Assembly (NCBI GenBank): GCA_963719315.1
Contig: CAVRBU010000002.1
Coordinates: 2,089,762-2,153,761 of the forward strand
Source of the DNA: an uncultured Planctomycetota bacterium
GTDB taxonomy: Bacteria > Planctomycetota > Planctomycetia > Pirellulales > Lacipirellulaceae
Direction: 5' to 3'
DNA length: 64,000 nt
The notes below the pieces were generated by a model. It saw nothing but the letters and a program-made list of their open reading frames with translations, made no database searches and was not told where the DNA came from. The position numbers and the translations under genes are program-made. Each line of letters starts with the position of its first letter. Position 1 is the stretch's first letter. Positions 20,481-30,789 of this stretch are shown here, piece after piece.

Positions 20481-20757
20481 AACAGGCCCGCCAATCAGTT
20501 TACTACAACAGCTAAGAGTGTCTCACGCAAAGGCGTGAGTCCTCCGGAATTCTACCAGCGTCAGTCCATCGTAATGTGGCATTTTCGCAACGCTGCGATG
20601 CGGCGATTTTGTTGGACGTTGGCTTTTTGCAACTGGTTTTGGCGGCGATTCGCGCGAAAAGACGCGAACAACAAGCGTTTCGGTTGTGGGGTATGCGGGT
20701 TGCAAACGTAGGCCGCCAACGTGTCGCAAGCCGACCACGCTGGAGCCTTCCCCGCCC

Positions 20758-21891
20758 ATGATTGAAGTTGTCGAAATCAACGATCTGGAGGAGTTGTCGC
20801 ATTATCGGCTGGTGTGGAACTCGCTCTTCCCGGCCACGCCGAACGCCACGTTCTTTCTCACGTTCGACTGGTTCGAGACGTACTGGCGGCATTTCGGGCA
20901 CGACCAGAAGATGCGCGTGCTCATCGTGTACGGCGGAGGCGAGGCGATCGGCATCGTGCCGTTGTGTGTGCGGCGCGAGCGGTACCGTGTGGGCAATGTT
21001 CGCGTGCTGACGTATCCGCTCGACAATTGGAGCACGTGGTACGGACCGATCGGTCCGAACCCGGCATCCACGATGATGGCCGCAATGCAGCACCTGCGCC
21101 GCACGCCGCGGAATTGGGACATGTTCGAGCTTCGCTGGGTCGCTAGCGAAGGCGTTCAAGGCGGCAAAACGGCGCGGGCCATGCGCGTGGCCAACATGTT
21201 TAGCGAAAAACAGGAATACCAAGTCACCTCGATCGTCGACCTGCCGGCAACGTTGGATGAATTCTTGGACGGTAAATCGCAAACATTGCGGCGACAGTTC
21301 CGCCGGACGCTACGGGATTCATTCATGGACGGCCGAGTCCAATACGTTCGCCACCGGCCGCTGCCAGCCAGCGAAGGCGACGGTGATCCATGCTGGGATC
21401 TCTATGCCAATTGCGAGTCGGTCGCACAGGCCAGTTGGCAATCGCACGTGGTGCATGGCAACACCCTGACGCACGAACGGGTTCGTGAATACTTCCACGC
21501 CGCCCACGCTGCCGCCGCTCGCATCGGCATGGTCGATGTCAACGTGCTGAAGCTCGACGGCCAGCCCGTCGCGTTCCTGTACGGCTACCACTGCCAGAAC
21601 AACGTCATCGGGCTGCGAACCGGCTTCCATGCCGAGACCGGCGGCGGGCTGGGCTCGGCGCTGATGCTCAATGCGATCGAAGACAGTTGCCGCCGCGGTG
21701 ACCGCACGATCGACCTCGGACCTGGCGAACGCGAACACAAACGCCGGCTCCGCACGCGGACGGAAGCGACCTACCGGCTGACCTACACGCCAATCGACTC
21801 CTGGCGTTCGCAAGCGGTACGGCTCTCGCGCTGGGCAAAGGGGCGGTTGACGCGAACCACGGAACTAACGCCGGTAGGGGCTGCGAACTAA
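20758..21891 (+). CDS. GNAT-family (CelD/BcsL-like) acetyltransferase
   Basis: W..L..ATFFLTFDW, GIVPL, GLGSALM, IDLGPGEREHKRR. Confidence 0.78.
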   Translation: MIEVVEINDLEELSHYRLVWNSLFPATPNATFFLTFDWFETYWRHFGHDQKMRVLIVYGGGEAIGIVPLCVRRERYRVGNVRVLTYPLDNWSTWYGPIGPNPASTMMAAMQHLRRTPRNWDMFELRWVASEGVQGGKTARAMRVANMFSEKQEYQVTSIVDLPATLDEFLDGKSQTLRRQFRRTLRDSFMDGRVQYVRHRPLPASEGDGDPCWDLYANCESVAQASWQSHVVHGNTLTHERVREYFHAAHAAAARIGMVDVNVLKLDGQPVAFLYGYHCQNNVIGLRTGFHAETGGGLGSALMLNAIEDSCRRGDRTIDLGPGEREHKRRLRTRTEATYRLTYTPIDSWRSQAVRLSRWAKGRLTRTTELTPVGAAN

Positions 21892-21950
21892 GTGCTGAAC
21901 GTAGTCGCGTTTTTTCCGAAACAACGGTCGCTGCGGTTTTGTATCAAAAT

Positions 21951-23561
21951 CTATTTAGTTGCCTTGGGCGGCTCGAGCTCGTTGGCTTTCTTGCTGTATT
22001 CGGCGGCGAGATCGGTGCGGCCTAAAGCCTTCATGACCTCCGCCATGTGGCGGTAGGCACCAACGTGCTTGTTGTCGAACTCGAGCGCGGTAGCGTAGGA
22101 CTCTGAGGCCTTCTGGTTGTCGCCCAACTTCTCGTCGGCCCGGCCGCGCTTGTAGTAGTACTCGGCGTTGGTCGGGTCGAGCCGGATGGCTTCGTCGAAA
22201 TCGGAGACCGCCTTGTCGTATTCCCCGAGCGCCATGTAGGTCAATCCGCGATTGACGTAAGCCGGCGTGTACCGGTCGCTTACCGCGATGGCGTCGCCGT
22301 AGGCGCAAAGCGCCTTGTGATAGTCGCCTATCTTTGCCCAGGTGATGCCGGCCCATAGATTGGCCCGCGGATCATCGGCACTCATGTGGGCGGCCTGGTC
22401 GAAATCGGAGATGGCCATCTTGTCTTCGTTCAGTTTGTGAAAGCAGATTCCGCGACGGAAATAGGCATCGCCCATCTCGGGATTGAGTTCGATCGCCTCC
22501 GAAAATGTCTTGATGGCAGGCCCGTATTCGTCCAACATCCGTTCGGCGACTCCGCGGCTATAGAGCGTCGCCGCCCGCGCCTGGGCATACAGCGGATTTT
22601 TTTCTCCAAGTTGTTTGAGCAGCGCGTTTGCTGTGTTGATCGCTGCGGTGAAGGCGGCCTTCCGCGTAGCATCGTCCTTCGCAGCTTTGCCGATCTCGAC
22701 GTACGTCGAGGAAAGCGTCAAGTAGCCCTGCACGTAAGGCACATCTTCCTGACCTTCCTTGGGCTTATAGTGCTCGATGGCCTTCTTGAGTTGCTCGGCC
22801 GCCTTCTGGTAGTCTTCTTCGCGGAGATAAACGATGCCCAGCGTGAAATACGTTTCGTAACTCTCCGGATCGAGACTGATGGATTGATCCAGGTCTTCGA
22901 CCGCCTCTTTGAACTTGTACGTTCCAGCATAGCCCGTGCCGCGGAGGCGGTAGGCTTCCGCGTTTTTAGGATCGGCCTCAATGACGCGGGTAAGCGGTTT
23001 AATGCCTTCATCGGCACGGCCGAGCGTGACCAGGGCCTTGCCGAGTCCGAACTGGGCCTCTGGATTTCCGCGCTCCGCCTTCGAGACAGCCTGAAAATCA
23101 TTGAGGGCCAAGTCCGGCTGTCCGACTTCCAGATACACCTGACCGCGAGCAATCAAGGCGGGTATATTCTGCGGGTCGCTGTCGGTCACTTTTTTGAAGT
23201 CGTCGAGCGCAGCCTGATATTCTTTCAATCCAGCCAGCGCGCGACCTCGGCCGGTGTAGGCCAAAGGCAGAATGCGAAACGCGTCGGGCGAGGCGGATGA
23301 CTCAGCGGCCAGGACCAGACTGTTGTAAGCGGTCAGCGCGGTCTCGAAATCGCCTGCCTTAATGGCGGCTTCGCCCTTGTCGATCACCTCTTTAGGATTG
23401 ATTTGAGTTTGCTCGCCGGCCGCGGGCGTGCCGGTGGTGGAGTCAGTAGCCGCAGGCGGAGTTGTGTCTTGCGCAATGGCAACTCCGGAAAATAGCAGTG
23501 CGGCGGTCGTGCCGAGGACTGCTCCGAAAGACCGAGCGAGGTAACGAAATTCTACACGCAT
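21951..23561 (-). CDS. Exported tetratricopeptide-repeat protein
   Basis: Signal peptide (AIA-QD) and many TPR units (AY.NRG, AIELNP, AIRLDP). Confidence 0.88.
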   Translation of the reverse strand: MRVEFRYLARSFGAVLGTTAALLFSGVAIAQDTTPPAATDSTTGTPAAGEQTQINPKEVIDKGEAAIKAGDFETALTAYNSLVLAAESSASPDAFRILPLAYTGRGRALAGLKEYQAALDDFKKVTDSDPQNIPALIARGQVYLEVGQPDLALNDFQAVSKAERGNPEAQFGLGKALVTLGRADEGIKPLTRVIEADPKNAEAYRLRGTGYAGTYKFKEAVEDLDQSISLDPESYETYFTLGIVYLREEDYQKAAEQLKKAIEHYKPKEGQEDVPYVQGYLTLSSTYVEIGKAAKDDATRKAAFTAAINTANALLKQLGEKNPLYAQARAATLYSRGVAERMLDEYGPAIKTFSEAIELNPEMGDAYFRRGICFHKLNEDKMAISDFDQAAHMSADDPRANLWAGITWAKIGDYHKALCAYGDAIAVSDRYTPAYVNRGLTYMALGEYDKAVSDFDEAIRLDPTNAEYYYKRGRADEKLGDNQKASESYATALEFDNKHVGAYRHMAEVMKALGRTDLAAEYSKKANELEPPKATK

Positions 23562-23944
23562 GGAGGGAACCCTTCTTGAATCAAAACGCTCACCGGCCCA
23601 GGGGTCGGGCGGCGGATAACGGTGGGCATATCGCGACCAATAGACGAGGACGCCCGCGCGCGGGCGACCTCTCCATTTTACTCTTCGGACACAAACGGGG
23701 CAGGCGGCGAGATTGGCTAAAGAATCGGGGCTAGTCCGCTTATGCCGGGCGTAGCAGTGTCGTAAGTAGCGCCGCATACACCTGCCAGGTCGCACAAACA
23801 GTGTGGTGCGACACATGGTTTTGGCCACAATTGCGGCGGCGAGCCCAACAGACCCGAAAGTCGGTCGCCTTGCTGAGGAGGGCTAAAATCACTATGATTT
23901 TCGACAGGGGCGGGCGATTTTGTGCATTGTTCATCGGGGTTAGG

Positions 23945-24029
23945 ATAGGTCCCGCTTGCCGAGCGGGACCTTGGCGTCGTCGCAAAGTTCGATGATCCGC
24001 TAAGGTCCCTTCCGGTAGAAGGGACCTAC
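23945..24029. repeat. REP-like doublet upstream of nuoA
   Basis: taggtcccgcttgccgagcgggacct ... aggtcccttccggtagaagggacctac. Confidence 0.85.
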
Positions 24030-24081
24030 TAGGGCAGCCTAGCCAGCCACCCAGATTTGTAGGGAGAGATAGGAAAGCATT

Positions 24082-24474
24082 GTGACGATTTCCCCGCTGT
24101 TGGTGTATATCCTGGTGCTGGTTGGGTTTGTGATCACCAACCTGATTCTGGCCCATGTCGCCAGTCCACACAAAAAAACGGCTGTCAAGGAAATGCCCTA
24201 TGAGTCGGGCATGGACCCGGTGGGCGACGCCCGGCAGCCGTTCGATGTGAAGTTTTACGTCGTGGCAATCCTGTTTCTGGTGTTCGACGTGGAGTTGTTG
24301 TTTCTATATCCTTGGGCCGTCGCGGCCTACGTGCCGACGGATGCGGCGAACGGGGCCGCGGGAATTCCTCAAGAACTAAGTGGCACGGTGTTCGCCGTGA
24401 TGCTGGTGTTCATGGCGACGCTGGTGATCGCTTATATCTATGCGTGGCGGAAGGGTGTGTTTCGATGGCGGTAG
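24082..24474 (+). CDS. nuoA: NADH-quinone oxidoreductase subunit A
   Basis: YESGMDP, FLVFDVE..FLYPWA, YAWRKG. Confidence 0.95.
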   Translation: MTISPLLVYILVLVGFVITNLILAHVASPHKKTAVKEMPYESGMDPVGDARQPFDVKFYVVAILFLVFDVELLFLYPWAVAAYVPTDAANGAAGIPQELSGTVFAVMLVFMATLVIAYIYAWRKGVFRWR

Positions 24475-25067
24475 GCCTGCCGGAAAATGTGTTTCTCACC
24501 AAGCTGGACGCGGCCGCCAGTTGGGCCCGCTCCAACAGCTTGTGGCCCATGCCGTTCGCCACGGCTTGCTGCGGCATCGAACTGATGGCCACCGCGGCGT
24601 CGCGGCACGATATGGCCCGGTTCGGCGCCGAGGTGATGCGGTTCAGCCCACGGCAATGCGACCTCTTAATCGTGGCCGGACGAGTAGTGATGAAGATGTT
24701 GCCGGTGTTGCAGCGGATTTGGCTGCAGATGCCGGAGCCGAAGTGGTGCATTTCGATGGGCGCGTGCGCGTGCACGGGCGGCGTGTTCGATACTTACGCG
24801 GTCGTGCAAGGCGTGGATCGATTCATTCCGGTGGACATGTACGTGCCAGGCTGCCCGCCGCGGCCCGAGCAGTTGCTGGCCGCAATCATCGAGATGCAGG
24901 AAAAGATCATGCGGACCGGCACGCTCACCGGCCGCGAGTTCGCGAAACGCACCACTTCCGATGGGCCGCCGCCGTTTGATCGCGATGAAGTTCGCCGCTC
25001 GCAGGAAGCCACGGCGGTCCAAGGCCTCGAGATTTACACGCCGCCACAGACGATAATATCGCCGTAA
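24465..25067 (+). CDS. nuoB: NADH-quinone oxidoreductase subunit B
   Basis: [29 protein letters not shown]. Confidence 0.96.
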   Translation: MAVGLPENVFLTKLDAAASWARSNSLWPMPFATACCGIELMATAASRHDMARFGAEVMRFSPRQCDLLIVAGRVVMKMLPVLQRIWLQMPEPKWCISMGACACTGGVFDTYAVVQGVDRFIPVDMYVPGCPPRPEQLLAAIIEMQEKIMRTGTLTGREFAKRTTSDGPPPFDRDEVRRSQEATAVQGLEIYTPPQTIISP

Positions 25068-25110
25068 AGCTGAAGGCGAAGTTCTCTCGCGGATGCGCAG
25101 AGTGAGGGAA

Positions 25111-25170
25111 CACTAATCTTCGCTAATTCTCGCTAATTCTTATTAGTGTTGATTAGCGAAGATTAGCGTT
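25111..25170. repeat. Inverted triple repeat with ~10-nt period (CTAAT x3 / ATTAG x3) between nuoB and nuoC
   Basis: cactaatcttcgctaattctcgctaattc ... attagtgttgattagcgaagattagcgtt. Confidence 0.8.
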
Positions 25171-25199
25171 CCAAAAAACATTGGATAGTTGCCGCCACG

Positions 25200-25691
25200 A
25201 TGCTCGACCTGAAATCCCTTCACGACCACTTCGGCTACGACATTACGGAGTCGAACTTCCGCGACAATCGTCGGATACTTGTGCCTAGTGGCAAAGTCTA
25301 TTTCGTGTTGGAGTACCTGTGGCGCGATCGCGGCTTCGACATGCTCGTCGAGATGACGGCCGCGGATTATCTCGAGTACCCTGACGCCACCGATCGGTTC
25401 GGCGTGATGTACGTGCTGCTCAACACGATGAGCGGCGAGCGGGTGATCGTGAAAACGCATCTCAATCTGCCGGACGCGGAGTTGCCCTCGGTGTATCCGT
25501 TGTGGCACTCGGCGGATTGGATGGAGCGCGAGATTTACGATATGTTTGGGATCACGTTCGAAGGCCATCCCGATTTGAGGCGGATCTTGATGCCGGAAGA
25601 ATTCACGGCCTATCCACTTCGCAAGGATTACCCGCTCAAAGGCCGCGGCGAGCGACACAATTTCCCCGTGATTACAAGGGCCGAAAGTTAA
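25200..25691 (+). CDS. nuoC: NADH-quinone oxidoreductase subunit C
   Basis: [34 protein letters not shown]. Confidence 0.95.
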   Translation: MLDLKSLHDHFGYDITESNFRDNRRILVPSGKVYFVLEYLWRDRGFDMLVEMTAADYLEYPDATDRFGVMYVLLNTMSGERVIVKTHLNLPDAELPSVYPLWHSADWMEREIYDMFGITFEGHPDLRRILMPEEFTAYPLRKDYPLKGRGERHNFPVITRAES

Positions 25692-25693
25692 AA

Positions 25694-25782
<89 letters not shown>

Positions 25783-25786
25783 TTTG

Positions 25787-27007
25787 ATGCCCCTAACACT
25801 CGCCGACACCCTGCCGACCGACACGAACGAGCACGAGTATTTGTGGACGCTCAACTTCGGTCCGCAGCACCCGGCGACTCATACGACGCTGCGACTGGTG
25901 CTGACGCTCGATGGCGAGAAGGTCGTCGATGCGGTGCCGCATATCGGCTACTTGCACAGTGGCTTCGAGAAGCTCGGCGAACACCTCGACTTCAATCAAT
26001 ACGTGACGATTGTCGACCGGATGAATTACATTTCACCCGTCGCGAATGAAATCGCCTGGCATCATACGGTCGAGAAGTTGATCGGCGTCGAACTGACGCC
26101 GCGGTGCAAATACCTGCGAACGATCTTGGCCGAGTTGATGCGGCTGCACGATCACCTGCTGAACGTGGGCACGGCAGCACTCGACCTGGGCGCGTTCACG
26201 GCGTTCTTGTACGGCTTTCAGCAACGTGAGAACATTTACGACATCGTCGAGTACGCCTCCGGCCAGCGGTTTCATGCGAGCTACACGCGCGTAGGCGGTG
26301 TCTTGTTCGATGTCAATAACGCCTGGATCGAGCGGGTACGGAAATTCGTCAAGGAAATGCCGGCCACGCTTGAAGAGATTGACGACCTGCTCACCCGCAA
26401 TCGAATTTTCATTGACCGTACGAAGGGCATCGGCGTGCTGACGAAAGCCGATGCCATCAACTACGGCGCCACGGGACCCATCGCGCGGGCCAGCGGCGTG
26501 GTGCGCGATCTGCGCAAAGATGAGCCGTACTTGGCGTATCCCGAGCTCGATTTCAAAGTGGTCTGCTCGGAAGCCGGCGATTGCTATGCCCGCTATTTGT
26601 GCCGGATGCGCGAGATGGCCGAAAGCCTCAAGATTCTCGAGCAGGCGATTGAAAACATTCCAGGCGGGCCGGTCAACGTCGATGCGAAGACCGATATGGT
26701 GCTGCCGGCGAAACCAGCCGTGTATCGCAGCATTGAAGGATTGATTCAACACTTCGAAGTGCTGATGCCGAATCGCGGTTATGATGTGCCGTGCGAAGAG
26801 TTGTACGCGGCGACGGAATCGCCGAACGGCGAGTTGGGCTTTTACATCGTCGCGGACGGCAATGTTCGGGCGTATCGAGCCCGCACGCGCCCGCCGTCGT
26901 ACATCCACTTCGCGATGTTACCCCACATGATTCGCGGATATCAATTGAGCGATATGGTCGCAATCCTCGGCAGCATCAACATCATCGCGGCCGAATTGGA
27001 TCGATAA
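25787..27007 (+). CDS. nuoD: NADH-quinone oxidoreductase subunit D
   Basis: NFGPQHPATH, GYLH.GFEK, ESPNGELG, ELDR. Confidence 0.96.
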   Translation: MPLTLADTLPTDTNEHEYLWTLNFGPQHPATHTTLRLVLTLDGEKVVDAVPHIGYLHSGFEKLGEHLDFNQYVTIVDRMNYISPVANEIAWHHTVEKLIGVELTPRCKYLRTILAELMRLHDHLLNVGTAALDLGAFTAFLYGFQQRENIYDIVEYASGQRFHASYTRVGGVLFDVNNAWIERVRKFVKEMPATLEEIDDLLTRNRIFIDRTKGIGVLTKADAINYGATGPIARASGVVRDLRKDEPYLAYPELDFKVVCSEAGDCYARYLCRMREMAESLKILEQAIENIPGGPVNVDAKTDMVLPAKPAVYRSIEGLIQHFEVLMPNRGYDVPCEELYAATESPNGELGFYIVADGNVRAYRARTRPPSYIHFAMLPHMIRGYQLSDMVAILGSINIIAAELDR

Positions 27008-27010
27008 GGA

Positions 27011-27115
27011 AGGTGTCAGGTTTCGGGTGTCCGGTGTCAGAATTCGGCACCTGACACCTGACACCTGACACCTGACACCTGACACCTGACACCTGACACC
27101 TGACACCTGACACCT
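27011..27115. repeat. Inverted heptamer array (AGGTGTC / CACCTGA) between nuoD and nuoE
   Basis: Four degenerate units 27011-27038; nine perfect CACCTGA 27048-27110 plus CACCT directly before ATG 27116. Confidence 0.95.
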
Positions 27116-27589
27116 ATGCCAGTACTAACTGAAGAGCTACGCGAAAGAATCCGGGCCGAGTTCCCGAAATACCCCGACAAACGGGCCGTGACGCTGCCTG
27201 CGCTGCATATCGTGCACGAAGCGTTTCGGGCTGTGTCGCCCGAGGCGATGAAGGAGATTGCGGAACTACTGGAGCTGCATCCTGCGGAAGTTTACGACAC
27301 GATGTCGTTCTACGGTTTCTTTCGCGATCCTGAGCATCCAATGGGGAAGCAGCGGGTGTGGGTCTGCCGCAGCATCTCTTGCATGTTGCGCGGGGGCGAA
27401 GAATTGCTGGCCGGCTTGAGCCAGCGACTTGGTGTGCACGTTGGTGAGACAACGAGTGATGGCCGCGTGACTCTCGAATTCGCTGAGTGCTTAGGCGCGT
27501 GCGAAGGCGCGCCGTGCGTGCTGGTGAACGACGAATGTCATATGAATATGACGGAAGAGTCGGCAGAAAAATTAATTGAACGGGTTTAA
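27116..27589 (+). CDS. nuoE: NADH-quinone oxidoreductase subunit E
   Basis: CRSISC ... ECLGAC..AP N1a cluster motif. Confidence 0.95.
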   Translation: MPVLTEELRERIRAEFPKYPDKRAVTLPALHIVHEAFRAVSPEAMKEIAELLELHPAEVYDTMSFYGFFRDPEHPMGKQRVWVCRSISCMLRGGEELLAGLSQRLGVHVGETTSDGRVTLEFAECLGACEGAPCVLVNDECHMNMTEESAEKLIERV

Positions 27590-27610
27590 CTATTTGCATC
27601 GGATCGGAGA

Positions 27611-27685
27611 TTGAAAAATGCAAATTGCAAATTGAAAAAGCCCGATGCGGAGTCTTCAATTTTCATTTTTCATTTTGCAGTTTCG
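27611..27685. repeat. AT-rich inverted heptamer array (TGAAAAA/TGCAAAT vs TTTTCAT/TTTGCAG) between nuoE and nuoF
   Basis: ttgaaaaatgcaaattgcaaattgaaaa ... ttcaattttcatttttcattttgcag. Confidence 0.8.
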
Positions 27686-27710
27686 TTTGCCCAACGGTAA
27701 CGCCACCAAA

Positions 27711-29045
27711 ATGCCCACCTTCGAACCTGTACTTCTGAAGCGGATCGACAAGCCGAATAGCACGGCGCTGGCCGGCTATCGGGCCGACGGCGGCTACGAA
27801 GCGCTGCAGAAGGCGCTCAAAATGGCGCCGGATGAGTTGACGAACCTCGTCAAGGATTCGGGGCTGCGTGGCCGCGGCGGCGCCGGGTTCTCGGCGGGGG
27901 CCAAGTGGAGCTTCTTGCCTAAGAACCATCCGGGTCCGATTTATCTCTGCGTCAACGCGGATGAGAGTGAGCCGGGCACGTTCAATAACCGCATCTTGAT
28001 GGAGCAAGATCCGCACCAGTTGCTCGAAGGCATCGCCATTTGTTGCCATGCGATTCGCTCGCAGGCGGCGTACATTTATTTGCGTTACGAATATGGTCGC
28101 AGTTACCGTGTGTTGGACGCGGCAATAAAAGAGTGTTACTCCGCCGGAATACTAGGCGACAACGTCTTGGGCACGGGCGAAAAGTTCAACGTATTTTTGC
28201 ACCGTGGCGCGGGGGCGTACATCTGCGGCGAAGAGACCGGGCTGATCGAAAGCCTCGAAGGCAAACGAGCCTGGCCTCGGATCAAGCCGCCTTACCCTGC
28301 GATTGAAGGCCTGTTTCGCAAGCCGACGATCGTGAACAACGTCGAAACGCTCTGCTGCGTGACGCACATTCTGCACCGTGGTGTCGAGTGGTTCAAATCG
28401 ATGGGCGTGCCGCCCGATCCCAACAACAAACGCGACCAGGGCAGCTATGGGCCGAAGCTCTATTGCATCAGCGGGCATGTGAACAAACCGTGTTGCGTCG
28501 AGTTGCCGCTGGGCGTGACGGCCCGCGAGTTGATCGACGTCCACGGCGGCGGAGTGTGGAAGGGCCGCAAAGCGAAGGCCGTAGTGCCGGGCGGCATCAG
28601 CATGGGCTTTTTGTCTGCAAACGAACTGGAAACCAAGTTGGACTTCGAGGGTCCGGGCAAAGTTGGTTGCCTAGGCTTAGGGACGGCGGCCGTCGTGGTG
28701 ATCGACGACCACACCAACATGGTCGACGTGCTCTACAACTGCTGCCGGTTTATGTCGCACGAATCATGCGGACAATGCACGCCGTGCCGCGAAGGCACCG
28801 CCTGGATGACAAAGATTTTAGAACGCATACGCAGCGGCCGCGGCAAGCTGGAAGACATCGATCTACTGCACGAGGTGGCCGCGTCGATGGGCATCATCCC
28901 CGGCACGACGATCTGCGGATTGGCCGACGGAGCCGCCTGGCCAGTGAAGAATGCGATCACGAAGTTCCGCGGCGAGTTCGAAGATTATATCCGCAGCGGC
29001 CGGCAATCGACTACTTCGGCGAAGGAGTTAATGGCGGCGCATTAA
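27711..29045 (+). CDS. nuoF: NADH-quinone oxidoreductase subunit F
   Basis: LRGRGGAGF, NADESEPGT, GAGAYICGEET, ESCGQCTPCREG. Confidence 0.96.
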   Translation: MPTFEPVLLKRIDKPNSTALAGYRADGGYEALQKALKMAPDELTNLVKDSGLRGRGGAGFSAGAKWSFLPKNHPGPIYLCVNADESEPGTFNNRILMEQDPHQLLEGIAICCHAIRSQAAYIYLRYEYGRSYRVLDAAIKECYSAGILGDNVLGTGEKFNVFLHRGAGAYICGEETGLIESLEGKRAWPRIKPPYPAIEGLFRKPTIVNNVETLCCVTHILHRGVEWFKSMGVPPDPNNKRDQGSYGPKLYCISGHVNKPCCVELPLGVTARELIDVHGGGVWKGRKAKAVVPGGISMGFLSANELETKLDFEGPGKVGCLGLGTAAVVVIDDHTNMVDVLYNCCRFMSHESCGQCTPCREGTAWMTKILERIRSGRGKLEDIDLLHEVAASMGIIPGTTICGLADGAAWPVKNAITKFRGEFEDYIRSGRQSTTSAKELMAAH

Positions 29046-29096
29046 GGAGGGAGGAGCGAGAGGCGAGTATCTTAAATCCTCGATCCTCGATCCTCG
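29046..29096. repeat. Short inverted heptamer array (ATCCTCG x3 with a degenerate purine arm) between nuoF and nuoG
   Basis: ggagggaggagcgagaggcgag ... atcctcgatcctcgatcctcg. Confidence 0.7.
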
Positions 29097-29108
29097 CAAC
29101 CAACACAT

Positions 29109-30752
29109 ATGCCAACAGTTTACGTGAATAACGAGCCGGTCGAATTCGGGGCCGAGGAAAAGCTCAATTGCATCCAGGCGGCGCAGCGCGTCGGCGAGGA
29201 AATTCCGAGTTATTGTTGGCATCCGTCGCTTTCAGTCGTGGCCAGTTGCCGAATGTGCCTCGTCGAGATCGGCCAGAAAAAGCCGGATGGCTCGATCGCG
29301 ATGCAGCCGAAGTTGATTCCAGGCTGCCAAACGCCCGTGACCGACGGCATGGTGATCGTCTCCGATAGCGAGAAAGTGAAGTCCGCTCAAAAAGCGACAC
29401 TGGAATATCTTCTCTTGGATCATCCGCTCGATTGCCCGACGTGCGACCAGGCGGGTGAATGCTTTTTGCAAGACTATAGTTATAAATATGGCCGCGGCTA
29501 CAGCCGCTTGCAGGAGCCGAAGGAGCAGCCGCCGGACAAGAACTATATCGGCGAGCAGATCACGCTCTTCACCGATCGTTGCATCATGTGCACCCGGTGC
29601 GTGCGATTTACCCGCGAGATCAGTGGGACAGCCGAACTAACCGTGATTGATCGCGGCAATCACTCGGAGATCGATATTTTCCCCGGCACGCCCTGCGACA
29701 ACAAGCTGGCCGGCAACGTGGTGGATTTGTGCCCGGTCGGCGCGCTGTGCAGCAAAGATTTCCTGTACAAGCAGCGCGTGTGGTGGCTGAAGACGGCCAA
29801 CAGCGTCTGCCCGAATTGCAGTACGGGTTGCAGTGTGTATGCGGATGAGAGCGAGGACCGTGTCTATCGATTGCGGCCGCGCGGGAATCCGCTGGCACAG
29901 GGCGACTTCATGTGCGACGAAGGCCGCTTCGGTTGGAAGTATATTCACGGCGAAGAGCGGCTGCTGTTGCCCGAGCAGCGCAGCGGCGGCAAGCTCGTCT
30001 CGCGAGATTGGGATGTGGTATTGCCGGCAGCGCGGGCGGCGCTCGTCGATGCGGCTACGCGCGGGGAGGATGCTATCGCGGCCGTGTTGTCGCCCTGGAT
30101 GACGCTCGAAGAAGCATACCTCTTGGTGAGCTATTTGAAGTCGCTCGCGCCGAAACTGGCGCTCGCGATGGGTCCGGTGCATACCCTCGGCGAAGACGAT
30201 AAGTATCCGAAGGACGTGAACGGCCGGCCGATGGAGCCGACAAAATTCACGATTCGCGCCGAAAAATGCCCTAACCGCCGCGGCGTGGAAATGGTCCTGC
30301 GCCACTTCGGCGGCGACGTGATGCCGATGGGCGACGTATTGGGCCGTGCGAGCAGCGGCGCCTTCGCGGCCATGTATTTGGTCGGCGGCGATCCGGAAGG
30401 TTGGATCAACGAAGCGCAAGCGGCGGCACTCGACAAAGTCGGCACCGTCATCGTGCAGGATATCTTGCGATCCCCCGCGAGTCGCCGGGCCACGTTTGTG
30501 TTCGCGGGAGGATCATTCGCCGAGCGCGATGGCACGTTTGTAAACCACTCGGGGCTTGCGCAAGAAATCCACAAGGCGATTCGTTCGCCGGGTGAGGCCA
30601 AACCGGACGGCCGCATCCTGTGGGATCTGGCCGAGCGCAGTGGGTTGCTAAATGTCGCGGCGGTTCGGCGCGAGATGGCAGGGGCAATTGAAGCATTGCG
30701 GCCACTGGCCGTGGCCGCATTGGGAGATCAAGGAATTCGGCTGAGTACTTAG
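29109..30752 (+). CDS. nuoG: NADH-quinone oxidoreductase subunit G (short form)
   Basis: CRMCLVE, HPLDCPTCDQAGEC, CIMCTRCVRF, CPVGAL, CPNCSTGC. Confidence 0.93.
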   Translation: MPTVYVNNEPVEFGAEEKLNCIQAAQRVGEEIPSYCWHPSLSVVASCRMCLVEIGQKKPDGSIAMQPKLIPGCQTPVTDGMVIVSDSEKVKSAQKATLEYLLLDHPLDCPTCDQAGECFLQDYSYKYGRGYSRLQEPKEQPPDKNYIGEQITLFTDRCIMCTRCVRFTREISGTAELTVIDRGNHSEIDIFPGTPCDNKLAGNVVDLCPVGALCSKDFLYKQRVWWLKTANSVCPNCSTGCSVYADESEDRVYRLRPRGNPLAQGDFMCDEGRFGWKYIHGEERLLLPEQRSGGKLVSRDWDVVLPAARAALVDAATRGEDAIAAVLSPWMTLEEAYLLVSYLKSLAPKLALAMGPVHTLGEDDKYPKDVNGRPMEPTKFTIRAEKCPNRRGVEMVLRHFGGDVMPMGDVLGRASSGAFAAMYLVGGDPEGWINEAQAAALDKVGTVIVQDILRSPASRRATFVFAGGSFAERDGTFVNHSGLAQEIHKAIRSPGEAKPDGRILWDLAERSGLLNVAAVRREMAGAIEALRPLAVAALGDQGIRLST

Positions 30753-30789
30753 AGCTGACGTACGCAGTACAGTCTCCTGCCGCTAGAAC

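Noticed and set aside
27048..27115. Possible CRISPR array
   Set aside because: Contiguous 7-nt units with no spacers, and no cas genes in the window.
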